Shown: one piece after another, positions 47,008 to 57,049 of the stretch
How the letters are laid out: each line of letters starts with the position of its first letter
Numbering within the stretch: the stretch's first letter is position 1
Source: a virus
IMG/VR virus record: IMGVR_UViG_3300028800_000062
Coordinates: 32,001 to 96,000 of that record
Reading direction: 5' to 3' (one strand)
DNA: 64,000 nt
Position numbers and translations under genes: made by a program
The notes under the pieces: generated by a model
Seen by the model: only the letters and a program-made list of their open reading frames with translations
Told to the model about the DNA's origin: nothing
Database searches by the model: none

Positions 47008-47772
47008 ATGCGAACAGTTCTTATCTTTCTAGCGGTATGTGGTGCAGCATTTGCGCAGTGCGGTCCGAACGGCAAAGCAATCCCTAATCCGTTCGGCTCT
47101 ACGCCGGCTCTCATCTGCACCGGTGTCAGTTCCACCGCGGGGAGCGGCAGTCCATTCGTCATGGGGACGGTCTACTCCGGAGCTGCTACTTTCGGCGCTT
47201 CCATTCCGGACGGTGTTTGTTCCACCACGTCCTATACGGCATCCGGCCTGGTGGCTGGCACGACTTTAGTCGGCAACTGGGCCAATGCGCCCGCGGGAAC
47301 CTTTGGAACGGTGTCCTCATCCACCAACACTGTCAATGTCAACCTGTGCAACTTGTCGGGCGGGAGTCTGACTCCGTCTTTTTCCATGAGCGTGGTGACA
47401 GCATCAAGTGCCAGCGGGGTGGTCACTCCTTCGCCCTATACCTCCGTAACAGACGCTTCTCCGGTGTCCTGGAATCTCGGCAGCGCCATCGTGACCAATG
47501 CATCGATTACCTTGAGTCACACCACCGGCACGCGCGCCCTCAATCTATCGAACGCGGTAGCAGGAGGCCTGTACACTCTGGTGGTTACAGAGGATGCCAC
47601 AGGCGGCGCCGCTTTAACCGGAGGCACCGGTTGCACCTGGGTTATTCAAGGTGGCACCGGGAACCACATCTTTCCCCTCACCACCACAGCGTCCGCCAAG
47701 AACCTGATCACGGTGAACTTCGACGGCACTAGTTGCTGGACAACGGTAAGGGCCGGCTTCACCGGAATGTAA
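47008..47772 (+). CDS. Signal-peptide fibre-tip-like protein
   Basis: MRTVLIFLAVCGAAFA-Q; IPDGVC...NLCN domain shared with 48233; C-terminal YTLVVTEDATGG...NFDGTSCW fibre domain. Confidence 0.65.
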   Translation: MRTVLIFLAVCGAAFAQCGPNGKAIPNPFGSTPALICTGVSSTAGSGSPFVMGTVYSGAATFGASIPDGVCSTTSYTASGLVAGTTLVGNWANAPAGTFGTVSSSTNTVNVNLCNLSGGSLTPSFSMSVVTASSASGVVTPSPYTSVTDASPVSWNLGSAIVTNASITLSHTTGTRALNLSNAVAGGLYTLVVTEDATGGAALTGGTGCTWVIQGGTGNHIFPLTTTASAKNLITVNFDGTSCWTTVRAGFTGM

Positions 47773-47783
47773 AGGCTGAGAGA

Positions 47784-48236
47784 ATGCTAGAAGACTTCGG
47801 TTGGACCTCACGCGGCGGTTTGATGCTGGACGGCTCAGGCGATATTGCCATGACCGCGGTTGATGGCGCAGATAGTCTGATTTCCATGGTGCGCACCCGG
47901 GTCAAGGCGGAATTACGCGCCTGGAAGCTGTATACCATCGGAGCCGATCTGCAGAACCGGGTGGGTGATCTGATGGGACCGGAACTGGAGATTGCCATCC
48001 AGCGCCAGGTAACGCGCGCTCTCACCGCGGATAATCTATTGCCTGCCGGCTCATTCCAGGTACAGACCCTACCGGACCTCAACCGGATGTATGTGCTGGT
48101 ATATATCGGACAGACTCTGATTACCAGCGTGACTTTGAGTCAGCCGCAAACGTCCCCATCCACAACTTCCATGGCGGTCAACACGCCGATTCCCGGCAGC
48201 GCTATTCCAGGCGTCGCCATCCCAGGACTCTCATGA
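47784..48236 (+). CDS. Baseplate wedge protein, gp25-like
   Basis: DFGWTSRGGLMLDGSGDIAM...RVKAELRAWKLYTIGADL; downstream of the hub; C-terminal IPG repeats. Confidence 0.6.
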   Translation: MLEDFGWTSRGGLMLDGSGDIAMTAVDGADSLISMVRTRVKAELRAWKLYTIGADLQNRVGDLMGPELEIAIQRQVTRALTADNLLPAGSFQVQTLPDLNRMYVLVYIGQTLITSVTLSQPQTSPSTTSMAVNTPIPGSAIPGVAIPGLS

Positions 48237-51200
48237 AACGATTCTTCGGTCTTCTTATCCTGTGTGCCGCCGGACTGCATGGACAGCCTAAATATCCAGC
48301 CGCTGTGGTTTCCGGCGTGGACTTGCCCACTCTCACCAATAATGTGCAGACCTACCTGACGTCCGCGGCGAGTTCGACGGATACCACACTACAGGTGCTG
48401 TCAACCGCTGCGTTTAACCTTCCGGCCGACGGGTCCCTGGTAGTGAACTCGGATAACGAGTTCATTCATGTCTGCAGTAAAACTACGACTACTCTCACAG
48501 TATGCATAGGCGGACGCGGTTATGACAACAGTGCCGCTACCGCGCATGTGGCGTACCGCGTGGTGAAGGAAATCATCGTAGCCCGATCCATCAACCAGCT
48601 GAATTCTGAGGTGACGTCAATCGAGACTGCCCTGGGGCCGAATCTGTCCAATGTCCAGGGGTTATTTCAGACGTGGCTCGCTTTGAATGGTGGAAGTGGT
48701 GGCGGTGCTTTCGTCCAGACCAATTCTGACTGGAACGCATCTACAGGCGTAGCACAGATCCTGAATAAGCCGACCATTCCCTCCAATACCTCGCAGATCA
48801 CCGAGAGCGGCAACCTGTATTTCACCAATGCCCGCGTCCTGGCGGCCATGTCCGGTCTATATCAATCACCGATCAACGGCGCGCCTGGCACCTGGCCCAG
48901 CCTCGCCTCCGTGGCAACATCGGGCAGTTACAATGACCTGGCCAATAAGCCCACGCTGTCCTCGCTCGGGGGTCTCACTAATCCTATGACCACGGCGGGT
49001 GATTTCCTGGTTGGAGGGGCCAGCGGCGCTCCACTTCGAGTAGCAGTTCCCGGTAACGGCACCTGGTGCCCGAACTGGTCTTCTGGGACCGTCACCTGGA
49101 TTACCTGTCCCGGCGCCGGCGGATCCGGAATTACATCCATTTCAATGACGGTTCCTTCCGGGTTCTCCGTAGCCGGCTCACCTCTCACGGCCAACGGCAC
49201 TCTGGCCATTACCTTGGCCAGCCAGACAGCAAAGTACGTACTGATTGCACCGTCCAGCAATGGAGTACCGACCTGGAGAGCGCTCACAGCCGGGGACATT
49301 CCCGCTTTAGCCTATCAGGCAACAATTACAGGAGCACCGGGCACCTGGCCTAGTTTTGCAGCAGTGGCCACGTCAGGAAGCTACACAGACCTGTCGAACA
49401 AGCCGACTATTCCAGCTTCCCAGATCAACTCCGATTGGAATGCCAGTTCCGGCCTGGCCCAGATCCTGAACAAACCAACCATTCCCGCGGCACAGGTCAA
49501 CTCCGACTGGAACGCTGCCTCAGGGCTGGCCCAGATTCTGAATAAGCCGAGCATGTACACGACGATTTATAGCACAGGGTTGTCCATGCCCCAGCGGACG
49601 TCCATCAACCTGATCGCGGGTACTAATATGACGGTGGGCTGTGTGGATAACTCCGGAGCCGCCCGTACGGATTGCACGTTCTCTTCAAGTGGAGGGGGCG
49701 GCACAGGCGGGTCTTCCGGAACCTATACAGGCACTGTCACCTTCGGAACGATTCCGGATGGTGACTGCGCTATCTCTACCTATTCCGCTGGCGGTATGGC
49801 GGCCGGTTCCAGCTTGACTGCGAACTGGGCCAACGCGCCTTCGGGAACGATCGGACAGGCCTGGGGCGATACCAACCTGATCTACGTGGATCTCTGTAAC
49901 TTCTCCGGGGCGGCCATCACTCCGGCATTCTCCCTGACCGCGTCTGTAGGCGGAGGCTCCGGCAGCGGCGCTGGTATGTCATCCCAACTGGGCGACCTGG
50001 CTACCGTCCGTAGTACCGGTTCCGTGTTGACTATAGGCGCCAGCTGCACTTCCAGCGTGCCTTGCAACGTACGCTTCGGAACCACCAGTTATTCGATCAC
50101 CACACAGGCTACGGTCACTTTGGGCGGCAGCACGTTAGGAACAGTCTTCATCTACCTCACCCCTAGTGGAACGCTTACGGCGGGGAGCTCGGGTCCGAGC
50201 CTGACCTGCTCTTCCGGCTGCCTGGTGGCCACTGGGGTTACAGGTTTCCCGACCAGTGCGTTGCCGATTGCCTCCTGGACTACTTCGGCGCCAGGCGTAT
50301 GGGATACGGCCGGCGGCGCAGACTTCCGGGCCTTCCTGAGCGTTGCCCCCAGTCTGGCGAACAACGCTGGTATTACACTCACCGGCAGCAGTTCCGGTTA
50401 CACGATTGGCACCGATAATTCGATCGTTCCTTTCAAGTATTCGGGCATCGCCGCACCTGGAACAGTGACCGGCAACTTATCGGGTGACTTTTATAATGAC
50501 ACGGTCAACCACAACCTGTATGTCTGTAATGCAGCATTCGGCACGTCCGCGCCGGCCTGCACTTCCGTAACAGCCGGACAATGGATGCTGGTCAATGGGT
50601 CAGGCGGTAGCAGCTACACGTTCCGCAACAATCTTGTGAATACCTCGGGCACGGTGGACTTCACGCCGGTGGATGCCAGCGTCATGGATGCCATGGATGA
50701 TTTCCTACCTTCGAAGAACAGTAATGGCGCGATAGGAACTCTGCATTGGGGGGTGTCCACATTAGGTACCTCTTGCGGCAGTAACATGGTGGCCAGCCAG
50801 TCTAATCATCCGGGTATCTTCCAGATCGTGAGCGGCAGCACTCCAGGTGATGGCTGTTCTTTAACCCTGTCGGACAACACCGAAGGTGCTCTTTATCCTT
50901 TCATCAACTTCGGGTCCGCCGCCGGACTGTCCTGGGAAATCCAGGCCATAGTGCAGACTGACGTCAGTGGAGTAGGGAACGCGAAGTACTTGGTGGGTTT
51001 CAGTGATAGCCAATCAACCTACCACCCGGCCAGCGGTAATGACATTGCAATTCGGTATGACCATTCCGGCGGAGGGTGCGTTTCGAATGAAAGCACCACC
51101 ACTTGGGTTTACGAAGTTAGTGTTGGCGGAACTAAGACGTGCGTGAATAGCGGTGTTGCGATTGCTTCGAACACCTGGTATCACCTGCGCATATACTCCA

Positions 51201-51370
51201 CCGCGCCAGGCACTATTCAGTTTCAGATCAACGGAGCGAACGCTGGCAGCATTGCAACGGCTCCCACGGCTAACATGGCGCCCCAGTTCCTCACCACGAG
51301 TACAGGCGGCTCTCAGGAGTCATTGTTTGTGGACTGGTGGGCCATGAAGATTCAAGGGTTGACTCGATGA
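48233..51370 (+). CDS. Modular tail-fibre-like protein with signal peptide
   Basis: MKRFFGLLILCAAGLHG-Q; NSDWNA..GLAQILNKP repeats shared with 5280; C-terminal lectin-like domain (NTWYHLRI...QFQING...LFVDW). Confidence 0.75.
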   Translation: MKRFFGLLILCAAGLHGQPKYPAAVVSGVDLPTLTNNVQTYLTSAASSTDTTLQVLSTAAFNLPADGSLVVNSDNEFIHVCSKTTTTLTVCIGGRGYDNSAATAHVAYRVVKEIIVARSINQLNSEVTSIETALGPNLSNVQGLFQTWLALNGGSGGGAFVQTNSDWNASTGVAQILNKPTIPSNTSQITESGNLYFTNARVLAAMSGLYQSPINGAPGTWPSLASVATSGSYNDLANKPTLSSLGGLTNPMTTAGDFLVGGASGAPLRVAVPGNGTWCPNWSSGTVTWITCPGAGGSGITSISMTVPSGFSVAGSPLTANGTLAITLASQTAKYVLIAPSSNGVPTWRALTAGDIPALAYQATITGAPGTWPSFAAVATSGSYTDLSNKPTIPASQINSDWNASSGLAQILNKPTIPAAQVNSDWNAASGLAQILNKPSMYTTIYSTGLSMPQRTSINLIAGTNMTVGCVDNSGAARTDCTFSSSGGGGTGGSSGTYTGTVTFGTIPDGDCAISTYSAGGMAAGSSLTANWANAPSGTIGQAWGDTNLIYVDLCNFSGAAITPAFSLTASVGGGSGSGAGMSSQLGDLATVRSTGSVLTIGASCTSSVPCNVRFGTTSYSITTQATVTLGGSTLGTVFIYLTPSGTLTAGSSGPSLTCSSGCLVATGVTGFPTSALPIASWTTSAPGVWDTAGGADFRAFLSVAPSLANNAGITLTGSSSGYTIGTDNSIVPFKYSGIAAPGTVTGNLSGDFYNDTVNHNLYVCNAAFGTSAPACTSVTAGQWMLVNGSGGSSYTFRNNLVNTSGTVDFTPVDASVMDAMDDFLPSKNSNGAIGTLHWGVSTLGTSCGSNMVASQSNHPGIFQIVSGSTPGDGCSLTLSDNTEGALYPFINFGSAAGLSWEIQAIVQTDVSGVGNAKYLVGFSDSQSTYHPASGNDIAIRYDHSGGGCVSNESTTTWVYEVSVGGTKTCVNSGVAIASNTWYHLRIYSTAPGTIQFQINGANAGSIATAPTANMAPQFLTTSTGGSQESLFVDWWAMKIQGLTR

Positions 51371-54300
51371 AGATTCTCGTCCTACTCACGATTTGTGCTT
51401 GTTCCGGGTGGGCTGCCATCACCGGTTTTCAGGTGCAGGGTACCACGTCCACCCAGGTTCTGGTCTCTTATAAAGCGCCGGATGCCAATGCGTGCACGAT
51501 TCAAGTTAGTCAGAGCGCGAGTCTGACGCCGCTGGCACTCGATGTGGACCCTGCCACGTTTGCGAATTCCAATCTCGATCTGAGCCGGCCTAGCACCGTG
51601 ACTAGTGGAATGTCCAGAACGTTGCTGATCGGCCAACGCACGGTGCAATATGCGACCGCTGGGACATACTCAGGTGTCCGGCACTTTTCCCGCGCACTCC
51701 AGGCTTATACGCCTTACTTCGGAATGATTACCTGTCCCTCCACCGGGGATACGTACAACTTCACGTTTTCCACCGGCAACATTCCGCTGGGCATGTCCTA
51801 CGGGGATCCGTTACCGGCCGATCCCGCCGATCCGGGAAATCAACCCTGGCCGGAGGCGGTGGGAGGCTTGTCCCCGGAATCCTTCATCGACCCTTTTACC
51901 GGAACCTATCTCACGCGCCTGGGCCTGCGTTCGAATAACTTCGGGTATTGGGGCAGCTTTCCATTCGGATCAGCCTTTAATCAGGGTCAGTTTCCATGCG
52001 ACAGCGCGGGGCCGTGGACCAACCCCTGCGGCACGATCGTGACCGGAGGCGCCGGCAGCGTGACCGTACTCAATAGCCAGGCGCCCCTCATCATCCGGCC
52101 GCCGCTCGCCGGAGGCAATGCCTTCAATGGAGGGTATGGGTCCAACAATTACGGCAGCATGTGGACACTCGATCAGTTTGCGGTTTCTCTGACCGGGCTG
52201 GGCAGCTCGACCACTTCCGCATTCCGTGTCCTGGATGTCTGTCTGTCACTTAACGGCGGCGCTTCCTGCGCCAACTCCGCACAGCAGATCACCATGGGCC
52301 AGACCAGCAGCGTGCAGAAGGCCGGCCAGTACAACACCACGCAGTATGGAGTCATTCCCTGGTTGCTTGATACCAAGCCCAGACTGAACGTACAGGAGGC
52401 CTCGCCACACTCAGGAGCGGCTACCGTGAGCGGGAATACCGTCACCTGGGTTTCCGGCAACCTGTTCAGTCTTTATTGGGTGACGGGCGGTAATGGCACG
52501 GTCCGGCTATCGACTGTCTCAAGCAGCGACGCCTGCGCCACACCTCCCAATACCACCAGTTCGACGGAATACACCATCCTGGGTATGCCCGATGGAAATC
52601 ACCTGACGGTGTCCGGAACTCCTCCCGCGGGCAGTGTGTACTGGTGTGCTGACAATTTCGCTGTCATGGTGTGGCGCGATCAGGCGCCCTCCGACGGAAG
52701 CAGTATCACGCTCACGGCCGCTTCCATGGCCGCCATCGAGAGCACTTCTCCCACTTATCCGGATAACGGCGCGGACCACGCCTGCTTCAACAAGCTGGTG
52801 CAGGGTGGATACTTCTGCCTCTATGGCGGCCTTTACTGGATCAATCCTCAGACAGGTGCCTCTGCCTACTACGGTTACATGACGGCCCCGTCCAACAACC
52901 AGAGCGGGCAGGCGATCACTAATCCGTGGCATACCATAGGCATCATCCCAGCCAGTGAGTCAGCCAACATCGATCAATCGCAGAATGTCCTGACGTTTTA
53001 CACTACCGCGATCGATCCGACGAGTGCCACCGCACTGGTGATTCAAGGGGTATTCAATCCCACGACGATCGCAACTCCGGCGGCGCCTTACGTCAACGGG
53101 AGTCAGATTGGCAGCGCCAATGTGATCGGAAGCACGGCCTATTCCGTCACCTACAACAACGGTCTGACCTTTTCCAATCTCACGCCGCAGGTCAGTTTGA
53201 ATCAAGGAATTGTGGCTCAGATGGCCACACTCGACCCGACCTTCAAGGTCTCCCAGATAGGGTCGCCGTGGAATTGTCAAGCCTACGGGTTCTCAGGATC
53301 CCTCTTCTATTTAGGATGCTACACGAGTTATGAAGATGGTCCTGGTTGGATTCTGGCCTTCTCTCCAGGGGACGGCAATCCAGCGCATGCCGGCCAAGCC
53401 GGAGGGCCTCAGATTGTAGGGGCGATCAGCACTTTCAACACGCCCAGCAATGCGCCGGTTACCCCCGGGTATGTGGGGATGTACGGCCATGGCCTGCACG
53501 CTGTGGTGGAAGCCGACAGTGGCTGGGTGCAGGTCAACACGCACTTCCTGCAGCCGATCAACACCAGCAACAACACGTTGCCGGCAACCGGGGTGGATTG
53601 CTCTACCTACGGCCTGGCCAGCGGAAAGCAATGCACACTGCTGAACATCAACAGTTATACGCATGCTTCGGTGACCAGCTATGAGCCTTATTATGCATCG
53701 CCTTCCACTCCATTCACCGGAGCTCCCGGGGAAACCCGCACAGCACAGATCGGGGATACTGCCTGCGTGGCAGTCAGTACGTCGGGGAGCTGCAGCTATA
53801 CCAGCTCTCAGGAATTGCTGACGCTGGTAGCGAAGAACTATCAGGGAGTGCAGGGCGCCTGGGTCTTTCAGCGCAACGGCTACGGTGTAGAGAAGGCGAT
53901 CGCTACTGGGCCTATCACCCTCTGGTGGGCCGCGATCGCTGCGAACATGCCTCCCGGCAGCGCTGCGGCAGGATCTTTCAGTGTCTACTGGAACCCGGTG
54001 ACGGGTTGCGCCGGCTCGCCCGATCCGCACGGCAATTGTATGACGACCGATACCAATGAGACGGCCGGACACGGAGAATGGCGCAATGGCGGTGAAGCGG
54101 TGACTACCAACGTGCCGGACTGGTCGGTACCCATTATGGGTTGGGGCAGTGTATATCAAACCACTCTGGGAAATGTGCCCGGCATCCTCAGCTTGAACCC
54201 GACCAACGTGACACCTGATGTGACTCCCGGCATAAACTACGTGAACGACGAGCCTCCCTTTGCTGGAGTGTATGGTCATCCTTTCGGCTTCGACGCCGGC

Positions 54301-55329
54301 AGTCACCCGAATGCGCCGGGAAACCTGGCTCCAGCCAACGAGCAGATCCGCGCATTCGACAACGTCCCTCTACAGGGCGGCCAGAATGAACCGACCTGGG
54401 TGAGTATTTCCGGGCAACTCTATACCGCGGCGCCGGCATCCAATCTGGACGCTGACGATCCTTTTGGTTACGGATCCATTATAGCCATGAACCGTAAATT
54501 GTATGCCCAGGGAGCCAGCTGTGGACCCCATCCGCTGACGGATATAAGCGGACCGGCATCGAGTATTTCGACCTCTACTGCCAGCTCCTACACTTATTGC
54601 TTCGCGCGCACCGCGGGCGAATGTTATTCCGGTAGTTCGGTGGGTCAAGTCTATGTGAACTGCCCGGGAGTGACAGCAGTTACCTGTCAAGGTTCTGGGA
54701 TTCACGGCGGGGCGCCCTTCGGGGCCGGTGCGGATATTTGCCTGGGCAATATCAACAATACGGCCAATGCGGTCCGTCAGTTCACATTGGACCGGACGGA
54801 CATGGCCGGATTGCGCAGCCGCACCGTGGTTGCCGCCACGGCGCGCACCCGCATGGTGTACGGGTTCGAGAACAATGAGTTAGTGCCGGACAACTCCTGG
54901 CTGTTGTACCGCTCGGATTGGCTGGACTTTCAGCGCGCGGAGATGTGGGCGGCTAAGCTGCCGCCGTATCCGCCTGTCGATTCGGTGACGCGCAATACCT
55001 TCGTGCCTGTGACGGTCAGCCTGAGACCGGCTGCCGGCCTGCAGGTCAACAACGCCATCGTCGAGTTTGGGTATCAGGAATATGGGAATACGCTGCTCAA
55101 CTGTACTACGCGTAACGATATCTGCGTGTCCGCATCGAACGTCAGGATTTCCGGTACGCAACCGTTTTCCTTCATCTCTGAAAACCCGGCCGGGTTGGCC
55201 TGCGCCACCGGCTGCACTCTCGTGATTCCGGCCCTTTCGCAGAGAGTCCTGTATTACCGGGTCGTGTATCGTAGTCTAACTAACAGTGTGTTGTACACGG
55301 GTCCACTGACGTCAGTGGTGGTTCCGTAA
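51367..55329 (+). CDS. Large Cys-rich secreted-type beta protein (adhesin or enzyme, unknown)
   Basis: Start ATG 51367 (MKILVLLTICACSGWA); about 1320 aa, many closely spaced Cys pairs, ATGA-coupled. Confidence 0.65.
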   Translation: MKILVLLTICACSGWAAITGFQVQGTTSTQVLVSYKAPDANACTIQVSQSASLTPLALDVDPATFANSNLDLSRPSTVTSGMSRTLLIGQRTVQYATAGTYSGVRHFSRALQAYTPYFGMITCPSTGDTYNFTFSTGNIPLGMSYGDPLPADPADPGNQPWPEAVGGLSPESFIDPFTGTYLTRLGLRSNNFGYWGSFPFGSAFNQGQFPCDSAGPWTNPCGTIVTGGAGSVTVLNSQAPLIIRPPLAGGNAFNGGYGSNNYGSMWTLDQFAVSLTGLGSSTTSAFRVLDVCLSLNGGASCANSAQQITMGQTSSVQKAGQYNTTQYGVIPWLLDTKPRLNVQEASPHSGAATVSGNTVTWVSGNLFSLYWVTGGNGTVRLSTVSSSDACATPPNTTSSTEYTILGMPDGNHLTVSGTPPAGSVYWCADNFAVMVWRDQAPSDGSSITLTAASMAAIESTSPTYPDNGADHACFNKLVQGGYFCLYGGLYWINPQTGASAYYGYMTAPSNNQSGQAITNPWHTIGIIPASESANIDQSQNVLTFYTTAIDPTSATALVIQGVFNPTTIATPAAPYVNGSQIGSANVIGSTAYSVTYNNGLTFSNLTPQVSLNQGIVAQMATLDPTFKVSQIGSPWNCQAYGFSGSLFYLGCYTSYEDGPGWILAFSPGDGNPAHAGQAGGPQIVGAISTFNTPSNAPVTPGYVGMYGHGLHAVVEADSGWVQVNTHFLQPINTSNNTLPATGVDCSTYGLASGKQCTLLNINSYTHASVTSYEPYYASPSTPFTGAPGETRTAQIGDTACVAVSTSGSCSYTSSQELLTLVAKNYQGVQGAWVFQRNGYGVEKAIATGPITLWWAAIAANMPPGSAAAGSFSVYWNPVTGCAGSPDPHGNCMTTDTNETAGHGEWRNGGEAVTTNVPDWSVPIMGWGSVYQTTLGNVPGILSLNPTNVTPDVTPGINYVNDEPPFAGVYGHPFGFDAGSHPNAPGNLAPANEQIRAFDNVPLQGGQNEPTWVSISGQLYTAAPASNLDADDPFGYGSIIAMNRKLYAQGASCGPHPLTDISGPASSISTSTASSYTYCFARTAGECYSGSSVGQVYVNCPGVTAVTCQGSGIHGGAPFGAGADICLGNINNTANAVRQFTLDRTDMAGLRSRTVVAATARTRMVYGFENNELVPDNSWLLYRSDWLDFQRAEMWAAKLPPYPPVDSVTRNTFVPVTVSLRPAAGLQVNNAIVEFGYQEYGNTLLNCTTRNDICVSASNVRISGTQPFSFISENPAGLACATGCTLVIPALSQRVLYYRVVYRSLTNSVLYTGPLTSVVVP

Positions 55330-55345
55330 TAGGACTGAGATCTCT

Positions 55346-57049
55346 ATGATTACCAAAAGGTTGATTGCTTTCGTGCTGCTGGCTGGCGGGTTGTTCGGCC
55401 AACAGCCGATCAAGAGAAACATGATCTGCGTGGCGGCCAGCGGGTCGGGCACTGCTTATGCCTGTAACATCGCATCGGCTCCTTCTGCGTATACCCTGAG
55501 TGAACGTTATCTGTTCAAAGCGGATGTGGCCAACACCGGCGCTGCGACTATTTCCTTCAACGGTATTGGCGCAGTACCGATCGTGAAGCTGGTGGGTGGG
55601 GTCGCCACCAATCTGGCCGCCGGGGATATCCAACTCGGCGAATGGGTTAGTGTGATCTATGACAACACCGGCAGTCCGGTAATGCAGAAGCAGTCCATTC
55701 CGCAGGTTGTCGCGGACTGGAATGCCGCTTCCGGGCTGGCGCAAATCCTCAACAAGCCTACTATCCCAACCGGCGCTCCCAGCACCTGGCCCAGCTTCGC
55801 TGGTGTGGCAACATCCGGTAGCTACTCCGACTTGTCGAACAAGCCGACTGTGCCTGCAGCAGCGAGCACCACACCTGTAATGAATGGAACCGCAGCGATT
55901 GGATCCGCGGCAACCTACGCGAAAGCCGATCACGTTCACCCTACTGATACTTCCAGGCAGGCCACCATCACCGGAGCTCCCGGGACCTGGCCTAGTGCCT
56001 TTGCACCGGTTGCTCCCACGGTATCGACGCTGGGCGGAATCAACGCAAAGGATTGTTCCGTAGGTGGCCAGGTCATGCAGAAAGTCAACACGGATGGCAG
56101 TGTGACCTGTGTCAACCAAACTGGCGGAGGAATGGCCGACCCTGGTTCAAACGGCCTGTTGAAGCGCACGGGCATCAACACTACAGCAGTCGCTATAGAC
56201 GGACTGGGTGGCGATTACGTGTCGGCCGCCTCGGTCAATAACGGCACTTTGCCCATGAGCATTCTGAGCCTGCTGGTGGCCAATGGCATCACTGCCACCG
56301 GTAACATTTACGCCAACAGCACCAGTCTCGTAGCAGGTTGTGTGGTGCTCTCCGATTCCAACGCGGTGCACGATATGGGACTGTGCGCCCCGAGTTCCGG
56401 ATATTCAGGTTTCCTGAATCTTCCCACCGCCGCCGGCACTCTCAATCAGTTTCTGCTCAGTGACGGGAACGGGGGGCTCGTGTTCTCAGGCACGGCTCCG
56501 GCGGGAGCTGTAGTAGGTACCACGGACGCCCAGAACCTGAGCAATAAGGTCATCGATGGAGTGTCTGCGACCACGATGGCGTTCATGGATGCGACGTCTT
56601 CCATCCAGACCCAGTTGAATACCAAGTTCGCTACGGCGAATGCCGCCGCGGCTGCCACTCTAGGAGTTCCGATACCGCTAGGCTGTTCGGGATCGTCCAC
56701 CGCTAATACAACCGGGGGTGTCACTTACCTCTGGCCCTCCGGAGGTACTTATAGCTGTGCTAGCGGCACAGCGCCTGTAGGCATCATGGGTATCCCGATG
56801 CCCTACAACTGCACAGTCAAGTCGATGTATGTCAAAGTCAGCGCAGCCCCTGCCACAGGCAGCGATGCGGTAACGTTGTACCACAACGGCACAGCGAGCG
56901 CAGTGACTTGTTCTATAGGCCCGGGTCTCTCTTGTAATGACACGGCGCACAGCAGCGTGTTTTCCGCAGGTGACACTCTGGCGGTCGGTGTGGCTGTGCA
57001 GGCGTCGGATGCCATTGCAAATATCCGAGTTGGGGTTTCCTGCCAATGA
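55346..57049 (+). CDS. Tail-fibre-like protein with signal peptide
   Basis: MITKRLIAFVLLAGGLFG-Q; FKADVANTGAATISFNGIGAVPIVK, ADWNAASGLAQILNKP, YAKADHVHP and DATSSIQTQLN are common fibre motifs. Confidence 0.75.
   Translation: MITKRLIAFVLLAGGLFGQQPIKRNMICVAASGSGTAYACNIASAPSAYTLSERYLFKADVANTGAATISFNGIGAVPIVKLVGGVATNLAAGDIQLGEWVSVIYDNTGSPVMQKQSIPQVVADWNAASGLAQILNKPTIPTGAPSTWPSFAGVATSGSYSDLSNKPTVPAAASTTPVMNGTAAIGSAATYAKADHVHPTDTSRQATITGAPGTWPSAFAPVAPTVSTLGGINAKDCSVGGQVMQKVNTDGSVTCVNQTGGGMADPGSNGLLKRTGINTTAVAIDGLGGDYVSAASVNNGTLPMSILSLLVANGITATGNIYANSTSLVAGCVVLSDSNAVHDMGLCAPSSGYSGFLNLPTAAGTLNQFLLSDGNGGLVFSGTAPAGAVVGTTDAQNLSNKVIDGVSATTMAFMDATSSIQTQLNTKFATANAAAAATLGVPIPLGCSGSSTANTTGGVTYLWPSGGTYSCASGTAPVGIMGIPMPYNCTVKSMYVKVSAAPATGSDAVTLYHNGTASAVTCSIGPGLSCNDTAHSSVFSAGDTLAVGVAVQASDAIANIRVGVSCQ

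Noticed and set aside
17367-48236. Extracellular contractile injection system or tailocin rather than a phage
   Set aside because: A major capsid gene, scaffold-like gene and neck genes are present in the same gene block.
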